A DNA stretch of 61,327 bases, filler included. It is 9 parts of 9 records of this genome, joined end to end, with 100 filler letters (N's around TTAATTAATTAA, not from the genome) between each part and the next. Parts side by side here need not be neighbours in the genome. Positions count along the whole stretch, not along the records: positions 1 to 5,122 come from SRR31156797_67003; positions 5,223 to 10,817 come from SRR31156797_67190; 7 more parts are not named here. One strand, written 5' to 3'. The notes beneath the pieces were generated by a model that ran no database searches, was not told the DNA's origin, and saw only the letters and a list, made by a program, of their open reading frames with translations. Both the position numbers and the translations under genes were made by a program. Position 1 is the first letter of the stretch. Each line of letters begins with the position of its first letter. Positions 1 through 8,093 of the stretch are shown here, in pieces.

Positions 1-376
1 CGAACACTGGCAGACCGGTTCCATGACCCGTTGGCAAGACTGGCTCGTAGAAGCTGAGCCGCAGATGTTCGTTGAGATCAGCCCCGAACTTGCTAAGCTG
101 CGCGGCATTGAAAACGGTGAGAAAGTCACAGTTGAAAGTGTGCGTGGTTCACTCTGGGCCATCGCCATGGTAACCGAACGTATCCAGCCGTATAATATCA
201 ACGGAACTGACGTTCACATGGTCGGTATGCCCTGGCATTATGGCTGGGTAACCCCCATCAACGGCGGCGATTCTGCAAACATCGTAACCCCCAACGTGGG
301 TGACCCGAACACCGGTATCCCCGAATATAAGGCCTTTATGGTCAACATCCGCAAGTGGAAGGAGGGTGATAACTAA
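1..376 (+). CDS. fdhA: Formate dehydrogenase alpha subunit, C-terminal molybdopterin dinucleotide-binding domain (5'-truncated)
   Basis: EHWQTG..MTR..WL.EAEPQMFVEISPELAK..GI.NGEKV.VESVRG and GMPWHYGW..GDSANIVTPNVGDPNTGIPEYKAF are FdhA C-terminal motifs; stop overlaps the fdhB start (TAATG). Confidence 0.93.
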   Translation, partial: EHWQTGSMTRWQDWLVEAEPQMFVEISPELAKLRGIENGEKVTVESVRGSLWAIAMVTERIQPYNINGTDVHMVGMPWHYGWVTPINGGDSANIVTPNVGDPNTGIPEYKAFMVNIRKWKEGDN

Positions 377-1119
377 TGTCCGGTAAAAGCTTCTTTGTAG
401 ACCTCACCCTTTGTACCGCCTGCCGTGGTTGTCAGGTTGCCTGCAAGCAGTGGAAAAAGCTGCCCGCAGAACATACCCGCAACGTAGGTTCTCATCAGAA
501 CCCGCAGGATCTGTCTTCCAAAACCATCCGTCTGGTCCGCTTCAGCGAAGCCCGTGACGAAGACGGTAAATTCCGTTGGCTTTTCTTCCCGGAACAGTGC
601 CGCCACTGTATCGAGCCTCCTTGCAAGTACATTGCAAACATGTACACTCCGGGCTCTGTAGTTCAGGATGAGAAAACAGGCGCGGTTGTCATGACTGACA
701 AGGCCGTTATCCGCAAGGGTAAACTGGAAAGCTGGGAACTCTGTCCTTACAATGTTCCCCGCCAGGACCCGAAAACCGGACTCTGGTCCAAGTGCGACAT
801 GTGTCTCGACCGTGTTGAAATGGGCATGTTGCCCGCATGCGTACAGAGCTGCCCCACCGGAACCATGAACTTCGGTGATCGTGCGGACATGCTCAAGCTT
901 GCCAACGAAAGACTTGCGGAAGTTAAAAAGACCAACCCCAACGCCTACCTCGCTGATCCTGAGGATGTGCGTGTGATCTATCTCTGTGAGACCAAGCCGG
1001 AAAGCTATCATGAAAATATTGTAGCTTCCGCTGATCAGCGCAAGACTCTCATGGCCGGGGTAAGTCCTTCTAAAACTTCAAGACGCGGATTCCTTACCGC
1101 TCTTAAAAATAAAGCCTAG
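376..1119 (+). CDS. fdhB: Formate dehydrogenase beta (iron-sulfur) subunit
   Basis: CTACRGCQVAC, CRHCIEPPC, CPY and KCDMC...PACVQSCPTG 4Fe-4S motifs; follows fdhA. Confidence 0.93.
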   Translation: MSGKSFFVDLTLCTACRGCQVACKQWKKLPAEHTRNVGSHQNPQDLSSKTIRLVRFSEARDEDGKFRWLFFPEQCRHCIEPPCKYIANMYTPGSVVQDEKTGAVVMTDKAVIRKGKLESWELCPYNVPRQDPKTGLWSKCDMCLDRVEMGMLPACVQSCPTGTMNFGDRADMLKLANERLAEVKKTNPNAYLADPEDVRVIYLCETKPESYHENIVASADQRKTLMAGVSPSKTSRRGFLTALKNKA

Positions 1120-1136
1120 CAGGCAGGAGAAATAAG

Positions 1137-1550
1137 ATGAAAAAATTATTGATCGCATGCCTGTGCTGCATGGGAATTGTCTTCGTCGCCATCGGCGCGG
1201 GGGCTAAAGAGGAATGGACCGCACCTGACGATGATCTGGTCATTGATTTTATCAAACCAGATAAAGGAATCGGTGTAGTATTCAATCACTCCAGCCATGA
1301 AAACTACGAGTGTATTGACTGCCACCACAACATCAAGAAGTCCGGCGAGCCGACCAGTTGTGCTACCTGTCACGACAACTTCTCGGCAATGCCGACCAAA
1401 GGCTACAAGTCCTACTTCAAGGCTATGCACTATAAGCGCAACAACACCAAGCGCCCCTCCTGTCTGGGATGCCATGTCAAAGAATTTGGCAATGACAAAG
1501 AAATGACCGGATGTGTCAACTCCGCATGTCACCCTGAGGGAATCAGGTAA
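1137..1550 (+). CDS. Periplasmic tetraheme cytochrome c3 (FdhC3-type subunit)
   Basis: Signal peptide, FNHSSH, four heme motifs (CIDCH, CATCH, CLGCH, CVNSACH), AGGAG RBS; directly after fdhAB. Confidence 0.9.
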   Translation: MKKLLIACLCCMGIVFVAIGAGAKEEWTAPDDDLVIDFIKPDKGIGVVFNHSSHENYECIDCHHNIKKSGEPTSCATCHDNFSAMPTKGYKSYFKAMHYKRNNTKRPSCLGCHVKEFGNDKEMTGCVNSACHPEGIR

Positions 1551-1604
1551 ACCTAAAAACAGTCTATTCTAGCTACGACCAATTCGGTCTGAGCACTCCT
1601 AGGA

Positions 1605-1630
1605 AGACCCCGCTACGGCGGGGTTTTTCT
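1605..1630 (+). terminator. Rho-independent terminator of the fdh operon
   Basis: ACCCCGC-TACG-GCGGGGT hairpin followed by a T-run. Confidence 0.8.
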
Positions 1631-1717
1631 ATGGGGCATAATTATAGAAACAGCCCCGATTCCATTATTAAGAATCGAGGCTATTGCTTTAACTTATTCC
1701 TTAAGACAAATTATCTG

Positions 1718-2221
1718 CTAATCTTCAACAAACCGTTCATCCGATTTCAAAGTCTCAGATTTTTCGGCATTGCTTTCCAGCCAGCCAAAACGGTCCGCAG
1801 GGACAGAATCGAACTTTTTCACATAAGGTTTGATATCAATCAGTGGAGTCCCATCAAGCACATCAACACCTTTGATATGAAGAATATTGCCTTCAATCCT
1901 GAGCAATTCCACGGTGGACTTTCCGATCATATTCGGCCTACGCGGAGCGCGGGTGGAAAAAAGCCCCCTCTCCTCAGTATCCATGAAAGGCTTAACCTTC
2001 AGCTTGTAGCCTTCATTTTTATGAAAGTAATACAGCAGGATTATATGAGAAAACCCTTCAAGATCCTGCAAACCTTCTTCCAAGGCCTCGTGCAATTCAA
2101 TTGTCCCTTCCACATCTTTAGCCCCGGAAGGCTGGATAGGCATACCTTCAAGAGTTTTATGAGGAGAACGAATGTGACCAATGGGATGAAATATTATGGC
2201 GTCTTTTTCGGGTAAAGGCAT
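1718..2221 (-). CDS. tsaA: tRNA (t6A37-N6)-methyltransferase TrmO/TsaA family
   Basis: PIGHIRSP, GLFSTRAPRRPNMIG and GVDVLDGTPLIDIKPY motifs. Confidence 0.9.
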   Translation of the reverse strand: MPLPEKDAIIFHPIGHIRSPHKTLEGMPIQPSGAKDVEGTIELHEALEEGLQDLEGFSHIILLYYFHKNEGYKLKVKPFMDTEERGLFSTRAPRRPNMIGKSTVELLRIEGNILHIKGVDVLDGTPLIDIKPYVKKFDSVPADRFGWLESNAEKSETLKSDERFVED

Positions 2222-2295
2222 TTTGTCCTCCGAAATCGGGTAAATAATCCCCTGAAGTTAAAGTAAAACTTCAACTTCAGGGCAAAATACCCTAT

Positions 2296-3402
2296 TTAGC
2301 TTTTCATTATCTCAGCCACCAGTTCTGAACAACTAGTCAGACTTTCGATCTTGATAAATTCTTCAGTGGTGTGCACCTTGCTCATGCCGATTCCCAAGGT
2401 AACGGCATTAAAACCTTTGCCATAAAGGATATTAGCGTCACTGCCACCGCCGGTAGGAACTCTTTTGGGAGTTGCGCTAATCTTTTTACAGGCATCTTCA
2501 ATTCGCGCCAGCACCTTGCTGTCATCAGCGACTTTAAGAGCCGGATATGAAATTTCATATTCAAATTTATATTCCCCGCCGACTTTCTCGATAGCTGCAG
2601 CACAACATTTTTCCATGTGCTCAAGCTGCATACTGAGTGATTTATCATGCAGGGAACGGGCTTCAGCGGTCAAGGTTGCGGTTTCGGCAACAATATTGGT
2701 TGCACTGCCGCCCTCAATACGTCCGAGGTTTGCAGTTGTGCTTTTATCAATGCGCAGCAGGTTCATCTTGGAAACAGCTTCAGCCGCAATTTGAATAGCA
2801 CTAATTCCCTCTTCCGGTGCAATCCCAGCGTGTGCGGATTTCCCGGTGAAGGTTATATTAATTCCGGCCTTAGCTGGTGCGGCAATAACGATAGTTCCCA
2901 CTTCGCCGCTTGAATCAAGAATGACAATATCTTTGGCAGGAAGCAAATCTGTATCCAGATTCTTTGCGCCGTGCATACCGGCCTCTTCACAAATAGAGAA
3001 AACAAAATAGATGTCAGGATGCGGAATTGATTCCTCTTCCAGATGATTGAGTGCCTCAATAGCCATGGCTATTCCGGCCTTGTCATCACCGCCGAGAACA
3101 GTTTCACCGGCACTGCGAACTAGATCGCCGTCAATGATAGGTTCAACACCGATACAAGGCTGCACGCAATCCATGTGCGCAGAAAAAGCAATAGACTTTC
3201 CTTCTCCGGTGGCAGGGACATGCACGATAAGGTTTCCAGTATTCCCACCGCTTAACTCACCTGCTTTATCTTCACTTACTTTGTAGCCCCTTTTCTCCAT
3301 TTTCTCACGCAGATAAGCGGCAACATCCTTTTCTTGCAAAGAAGGACTGTCAATACGAACAAGATCAAAAAAAAGTTCAAGAATTCGCTCTTGATTTATC
3401 AT
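2296..3402 (-). CDS. M20/M25/M40 family metallopeptidase (peptidase T-like)
   Basis: AHMDCV, LGGDDKAG, CEEAG, GGGSDAN and VHTTEE metal-binding motifs. Confidence 0.88.
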   Translation of the reverse strand: MINQERILELFFDLVRIDSPSLQEKDVAAYLREKMEKRGYKVSEDKAGELSGGNTGNLIVHVPATGEGKSIAFSAHMDCVQPCIGVEPIIDGDLVRSAGETVLGGDDKAGIAMAIEALNHLEEESIPHPDIYFVFSICEEAGMHGAKNLDTDLLPAKDIVILDSSGEVGTIVIAAPAKAGINITFTGKSAHAGIAPEEGISAIQIAAEAVSKMNLLRIDKSTTANLGRIEGGSATNIVAETATLTAEARSLHDKSLSMQLEHMEKCCAAAIEKVGGEYKFEYEISYPALKVADDSKVLARIEDACKKISATPKRVPTGGGSDANILYGKGFNAVTLGIGMSKVHTTEEFIKIESLTSCSELVAEIMKS

Positions 3403-3636
3403 AATATCTCCAAAATGTTGCTGAAATTTAGATTTGCATAATTATCACTGAATCACATGCTTGAACAGTGGAATTTACACCCAAATTTTGTTGCTTAGTA
3501 TTACATTGTTATTTTTTGACATTTTATGTCCAATCAGTTTTGAGTTATTTTTTTCAAGTATTGCTTGCGCAAGAAATATTTTCCTAATATTCTTTTTAAG
3601 ATCAAAAAAGATGAAGGGATCACAGGGGAGATCAAA

Positions 3637-4197
3637 ATGAAATACTTAAATGCATTATTAATAATGTTAATACTTTTTGTATTAACTGGCGGATCAGCAA
3701 TTGCTTCAACATTCACTTTTGGCAATTCAGAATACACAATTGTTCAATCAAGTGGAATAAATTGGAACGATGCGAAGCTTGCAGCAGAAGCTGCCGGTGG
3801 ACATCTGGTAACAATTACTTCCGAAGCTGAAAATAATTTTCTAAAAAACACAGTATTCCAAGGATCAGATAAGGCATATTGGCTCGGAGCTTACCAAACC
3901 GGGGATGAAAACAAACAAGACCCGACTTCCAATTGGCATTGGGTAACTGGTGAAGAATGGAATTTTACAGATTGGTACAGTGCTGAGCCTAACAACTCAC
4001 AAATCGACGAATTCCACTTGAGTGCAGACCAAAGATTTAACTACCAGTGGAACGACGAGGGATCTGCGGTTTCATCCATGATTAATGGGTATGTGGTTGA
4101 AAAGCCCTCTGCTCCCACTCCTATTCCCGGCGCAATCTGGCTCCTCGGAGCTTCTTTAGTCGGCCTTCTTGGAATTAAGAAAAAATTCGCAAAATAA
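3637..4197 (+). CDS. Secreted C-type lectin domain protein with VPLPA/PEP-CTERM sorting tail
   Basis: GGGAG RBS before ATG 3637; signal peptide; W.DAK..AE..GGHLVTITSEAEN, WLG, EPNN and WND lectin motifs; PTPIPGAIWLLGASLVGLLGIKKK tail. Confidence 0.85.
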   Translation: MKYLNALLIMLILFVLTGGSAIASTFTFGNSEYTIVQSSGINWNDAKLAAEAAGGHLVTITSEAENNFLKNTVFQGSDKAYWLGAYQTGDENKQDPTSNWHWVTGEEWNFTDWYSAEPNNSQIDEFHLSADQRFNYQWNDEGSAVSSMINGYVVEKPSAPTPIPGAIWLLGASLVGLLGIKKKFAK

Positions 4198-4210
4198 AAC
4201 GATTCATATG

Positions 4211-4257
4211 CAATAAAAAATCCCGGTAACCTGACAGGTTACCGGGATTTTTTATTG
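4211..4257. terminator. Bidirectional terminator (perfect 23-bp inverted repeat) between the convergent lectin and hypC genes
   Basis: CAATAAAAAATCCCGGTAACCTG-A-CAGGTTACCGGGATTTTTTATTG. Confidence 0.85.
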
Positions 4258-4271
4258 AAAAGCAAAAGCAG

Positions 4272-4529
4272 TTAAGCGTTACACGCTTTATTTTTTTCAG
4301 CTTCGGTCAATTCAACCATGTCGCGCAAAATTTTCAAAGTTTCTTCCGCTTCTTTAGGATCGAGTTTACGTAATGCAAATCCGGCATGAACAATGAGGTA
4401 GTCATCGATTTCGACTTCTTCAGCCAAGAGCATAAGTGAAGCATCAAGGTAAGTCTCGCCCTCACCAACTTTACATTTTGCAACTTGATCTTCAATGGAC
4501 TTAATCTGAACAGGAATAGCTAAACACAT
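4272..4529 (-). CDS. hypC: Hydrogenase assembly chaperone HypC/HupF
   Basis: N-terminal MCLAIP and DYLIVHAGFA motifs. Confidence 0.93.
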   Translation of the reverse strand: MCLAIPVQIKSIEDQVAKCKVGEGETYLDASLMLLAEEVEIDDYLIVHAGFALRKLDPKEAEETLKILRDMVELTEAEKNKACNA

Positions 4530-4550
4530 GAAAAACACCCCTTATCGGCA

Positions 4551-5036
4551 CTAGGCCATCTTTTCATAACTGCCGCCGGCTGCGGAAACTTCCTCAAGTA
4601 CCTTTTCCATCATGAAAGGAAGCCGCTCCAGCGTGACATCAGAAACATCATCATGCATGGTCTGGTAATCTTTCGGCTCAACGCCGATAACCACGCATTC
4701 GGGACGCCTGTCACACAACTCGCACAGGACCATTGTGTCGAGCAGGTCTGTCTGATGCATTGAATCCTTAAAAGCCAGACTCCTACGCAAATCCTCTCCT
4801 GTCAAGCGGTAAACCGAACCTGGCTCGTCATTACCCAGCACAGCATCCACTACGATTAGGAGATCACATTCCATCATGGGGCCCATTAACTTGGTTCCAA
4901 GCGTGCCGCCATCCATGATTTCCACGTTGTCGGAAAATGAGTACTGGTTCATCAGTTCATTTACCACTTTCACGCCGATGCCTTCATCAGTAAAAAGTAT
5001 GTTTCCCACACCAAGAACTAAAATCTTTTTATCCAT
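4551..5036 (-). CDS. NiFe-hydrogenase maturation protease (HyaD/HybD/HynC type)
   Basis: LGVGNILFTDEGIG, DGGTLG, IVVDAV and SMHQ motifs; upstream of hypC. Confidence 0.92.
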   Translation of the reverse strand: MDKKILVLGVGNILFTDEGIGVKVVNELMNQYSFSDNVEIMDGGTLGTKLMGPMMECDLLIVVDAVLGNDEPGSVYRLTGEDLRRSLAFKDSMHQTDLLDTMVLCELCDRRPECVVIGVEPKDYQTMHDDVSDVTLERLPFMMEKVLEEVSAAGGSYEKMA

Positions 5037-5039
5037 TTT

Positions 5040-5122
5040 GCCTCCGGCGGCTCTCCGAGGGCCGGAGGGGGAAAACTTTTGCTAAAGTTTTCCCCCTCTG
5101 GACTCCCCTTTTCAAAACCTTT
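5040..5122. repeat. Intergenic palindromic repeat, copy 1 (at contig end)
   Basis: GCCTCCGGCGGC...GAGGGGGAAAACTTT-TGCT-AAAGTTTTCCCCCTC-TGGACTC...CAAAAC; shares termini with 61268-61327. Confidence 0.6.
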
Positions 5123-5222
5123 NNNNNNNNNNNNNNNNNNNNNNNNNNNNNNNNNNNNNNNNNNNNTTAATTAATTAANNNNNNNNNNNNNNNNNNNNNN
5201 NNNNNNNNNNNNNNNNNNNNNN
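5123..5222. other. Artificial contig linker
   Basis: N-run, TTAATTAATTAA (stops in all frames), N-run; 100 nt. Confidence 0.99.
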
Positions 5223-5231
5223 GGAGCGAAG

Positions 5232-7304
5232 ATGAAAGACATCTCCAAATTACGAACCATCGCCTTTATATCTCATGGCGGTTCAGGTAAAACAACCCTG
5301 GCGGAATCAATCCTTTATTTAACCAAAGTCACCAACCGGCTGGGCAGAGTGGATGACGGCACCAGCATCCTTGATTTTGAACCGGAGGAGACTAAGCGGA
5401 ATATATCAATCAGTGCGGCGTTTCATTCATTCCCCTGGAAAAAGCATGAAATCCATTTTGTCGACACTCCCGGCGACGAGAACTTTCTGAACGACACCAA
5501 GACATGTCTTCAGGGTGTGGACGGAGCGGTAGTAATGGTGGACGCCGTGGACGGCATCAAGGTCGGAACCGAAAAAGTCTGGGATTTTGCTGATGAATAC
5601 GAACTTCCCCGGCTTGTCCTCATTAACAAGATGGACCGGGAGAGGGCCGACTTTTTCAAATGCGTAAATGAACTGGGCGAGTCGTTCGAGATGCCCTGCC
5701 TGCCTGTCCAGATCCCTATCGGCGCGGAAGCCGATTTCAAGGGCCTGGTGGATTTGCTTCAAGAAAAAGCATACATCTATGAGGAAGACACCGGAGCCTA
5801 TACGGAAGCCGAGATACCCGGCGATCTGGCGGACATGGCGGCCGAGTGGAGAGAGAAAGTCGTGGAAGCCATTGCCGAGGCGGACGATGAGCTTCTTGAA
5901 AAGTATTTCGAAGAGGGCGAGCTTTCTCCGGAAGAACTTGACAAGGGCCTGATGACGGCGGTCCGCACCAGGGCTCTTGCCCCGGTATTGTGCGGGGCCG
6001 GTTCGAAGCTTATCGGCGTGCCGCATCTTTTGGACAAGATCAACGACCGTCTGCCTTCCCCGGCGGATCGCGGCCCGGTAGCGGGTAAGAATTCCAAGGG
6101 CGACAGCGAGATGCAGATGGATCCGGATCCGGCCGGACCGTTCTCGGGCCTGGTGATCAAGAGCATCACCGATCCGTACGCGGGTCAGCTTTCAATTTTC
6201 CGGGTGTTTTCAGGAACGCTCAAACCGGATTCAAATTTCCTGAACGTGACCAAAGACGCCAAGGAACGTTTCGGGCAGCTTTTGTCATTGGAAGGCAAGT
6301 CCCAGAAGCCGGTGGAAGAAGCCGGGCCTGGCGCTATCGTGGCCGTGGCCAAGCTGAAGGAGACAACAACCGGCGATTCCCTGACCGATGAATCCAGCCC
6401 AATTATTTACCCGGTTTCCGATCCGCTGCCGCCGATTGTTTCCTACGCTGTTGAAGCCAAAACCAAGGGCGACGAGGAAAAGGTTTTTGCGGCCATTAAC
6501 AAGGTTCTGGAAGAGGACGTCACTTTAAGGCTGTCCAGAAACGACCAGACCAAGGAAATGATTCTTTCGGGAATGGGCCAGGTTCACATAGACGCCACCC
6601 TGGAAAAGATCAAGCGGAAATTCGGCGCGGAAATGAATCTGAAGGTGCCCAAGGTCGCATACAAGGAAGCAATCAAGGGCAAAACCAAGATCCAGGGCAA
6701 GTACAAGAAGCAGACCGGCGGCAAGGGCCAGTTCGGAGACTGCTGGCTGGAAATCGAACCTCTGCCCCGGGGCGAGGGTTTTGAGTTCGTGGACAAAATC
6801 GTGGGCGGCGTTATTCCCCGGCAGTATATACCGGCCGTGGAAAAAGGCATTGTGGAAGCAATGGCCGGCGGCGTTATTTCCGGCAACCCGGTTGTCGATA
6901 TCAGGGTATCTCTTGTTTTCGGCTCCTATCATGCGGTCGACTCATCGGAAATGGCGTTTAAAATCGCCGGTTCCATGGGCTTTAAAAAAGGCATGCAGGA
7001 ATGCAGCCCAACCCTGCTCGAGCCGATTATGCTTTTGACGGTCACCGTGCCTGACGAGTTCATGGGCGACGTCATGGGCGATGTGAGCGGACGCAGAGGC
7101 AAGGTGTTGGGTTCGGACGCCAAGGGCGGCAAACAGATTATCAGGGCCAACGTTCCCCAGGTTGAAATTCTACAGTATGCGCCGACATTGACTTCAATGA
7201 CCGGCGGGCGCGGCTCTTTCACCATAGAATTTTCCCATTACGAGGAAGTTCCCGCCCACCTGCAGGAAAAGATTATAGAAGAAGCCAAGGCTGAAGACGA
7301 TTAA
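5232..7304 (+). CDS. Elongation factor G paralog (EF-G2 type)
   Basis: Full EF-G domain layout (HGGSGKTT, DTPG, NKMD, GMGQVH, KKQTGGKGQFG, YHAVDSSEMAF) with divergent switch motifs (RNISI, DTPGD). Confidence 0.9.
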   Translation: MKDISKLRTIAFISHGGSGKTTLAESILYLTKVTNRLGRVDDGTSILDFEPEETKRNISISAAFHSFPWKKHEIHFVDTPGDENFLNDTKTCLQGVDGAVVMVDAVDGIKVGTEKVWDFADEYELPRLVLINKMDRERADFFKCVNELGESFEMPCLPVQIPIGAEADFKGLVDLLQEKAYIYEEDTGAYTEAEIPGDLADMAAEWREKVVEAIAEADDELLEKYFEEGELSPEELDKGLMTAVRTRALAPVLCGAGSKLIGVPHLLDKINDRLPSPADRGPVAGKNSKGDSEMQMDPDPAGPFSGLVIKSITDPYAGQLSIFRVFSGTLKPDSNFLNVTKDAKERFGQLLSLEGKSQKPVEEAGPGAIVAVAKLKETTTGDSLTDESSPIIYPVSDPLPPIVSYAVEAKTKGDEEKVFAAINKVLEEDVTLRLSRNDQTKEMILSGMGQVHIDATLEKIKRKFGAEMNLKVPKVAYKEAIKGKTKIQGKYKKQTGGKGQFGDCWLEIEPLPRGEGFEFVDKIVGGVIPRQYIPAVEKGIVEAMAGGVISGNPVVDIRVSLVFGSYHAVDSSEMAFKIAGSMGFKKGMQECSPTLLEPIMLLTVTVPDEFMGDVMGDVSGRRGKVLGSDAKGGKQIIRANVPQVEILQYAPTLTSMTGGRGSFTIEFSHYEEVPAHLQEKIIEEAKAEDD

Positions 7305-7312
7305 TCAATATT

Positions 7313-7337
7313 GGGGGCCTGGGATTCAGGCCCCCTT
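7313..7337 (+). terminator. GC hairpin after the EF-G2 gene
   Basis: GGGGCCTG-GGATT-CAGGCCCC; T-tail is weak. Confidence 0.5.
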
Positions 7338-7368
7338 CCCTGCCCTTTTTCAATTCAGGAATCAAAAA

Positions 7369-7881
7369 ATGACAGATCACGATTTTGCTAACGGGCCGTA
7401 TTCATGCGGGATTCTCATAGCCAGCACGAAAGGCGCGGCCAGACAAAGGGAAGACAAGGCCGGTCCGATGCTTAAAGCCAGGCTGATTGAAGCGGGTTAC
7501 GAAGTCCGCGCGGTTGCAGTGGAGCCTGACGATGTAGAGGCGATGATCAGGCGCATGAGGTCCTGGATTGATGAAGACGGCCTGGACCTGGTCATTACTT
7601 CGGGCGGCACCGGCCTCTCGCCAAGTGATGTAACGCCGGAGGCGACCAGGGCGCTTTTAGAAAAGGAAATTCCGGGCCTGGCCGAGGCGATCAGGGCCGC
7701 GGGCCGGGATAAAACTCCCCATGCCGACCTTTCGAGGGGGTTGTGCGGCATCCGCAAGGAAAGCATGATCGTCAACCTGCCCGGCAGCCCCAAGGGGGCC
7801 ATGGAAGGCCTGGAAACAATCCTGCCGGCCCTGCCTCACGCTTTGGATAAGATAAAGGGCGACCCCCGCGACTGCGCCTGA
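7369..7881 (+). CDS. mog: Molybdopterin adenylyltransferase MogA/MoaB family
   Basis: DLVITSGGTGLSPSDVTPEAT, SRG.CG and NLPGSPKG motifs. Confidence 0.9.
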   Translation: MTDHDFANGPYSCGILIASTKGAARQREDKAGPMLKARLIEAGYEVRAVAVEPDDVEAMIRRMRSWIDEDGLDLVITSGGTGLSPSDVTPEATRALLEKEIPGLAEAIRAAGRDKTPHADLSRGLCGIRKESMIVNLPGSPKGAMEGLETILPALPHALDKIKGDPRDCA

Positions 7882-8093
7882 TAAAATCGCGGCGTCCAAT
7901 GATATTTGCGTGTGAATTCTTTTAGGCGTTCCTTTCAGCGTCCAAAATCAATATTTCTACCTCTATAAATCAGAGAAAAGGAGTTCCAGGCGGTAGGACC
8001 GGTTGAATCCTAGAAAGAGGCGGAGTATCTTGTTAGATAATTCGACAATCGTATTCAATTACGGAGCCGCGATAAAAATCAGGAAGACAGGAT

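Noticed and set aside
1..376. Selenocysteine in FdhA
   Set aside because: The Sec/Cys ligand is in the N-terminal part, which lies outside the window, so it cannot be assessed.
1631..2215. 194-aa plus-strand ORF and similar long antisense ORFs (373-1011, 31057-31728, 39958-40824, 54438-55148)
   Set aside because: They are antisense shadows of well-supported genes.
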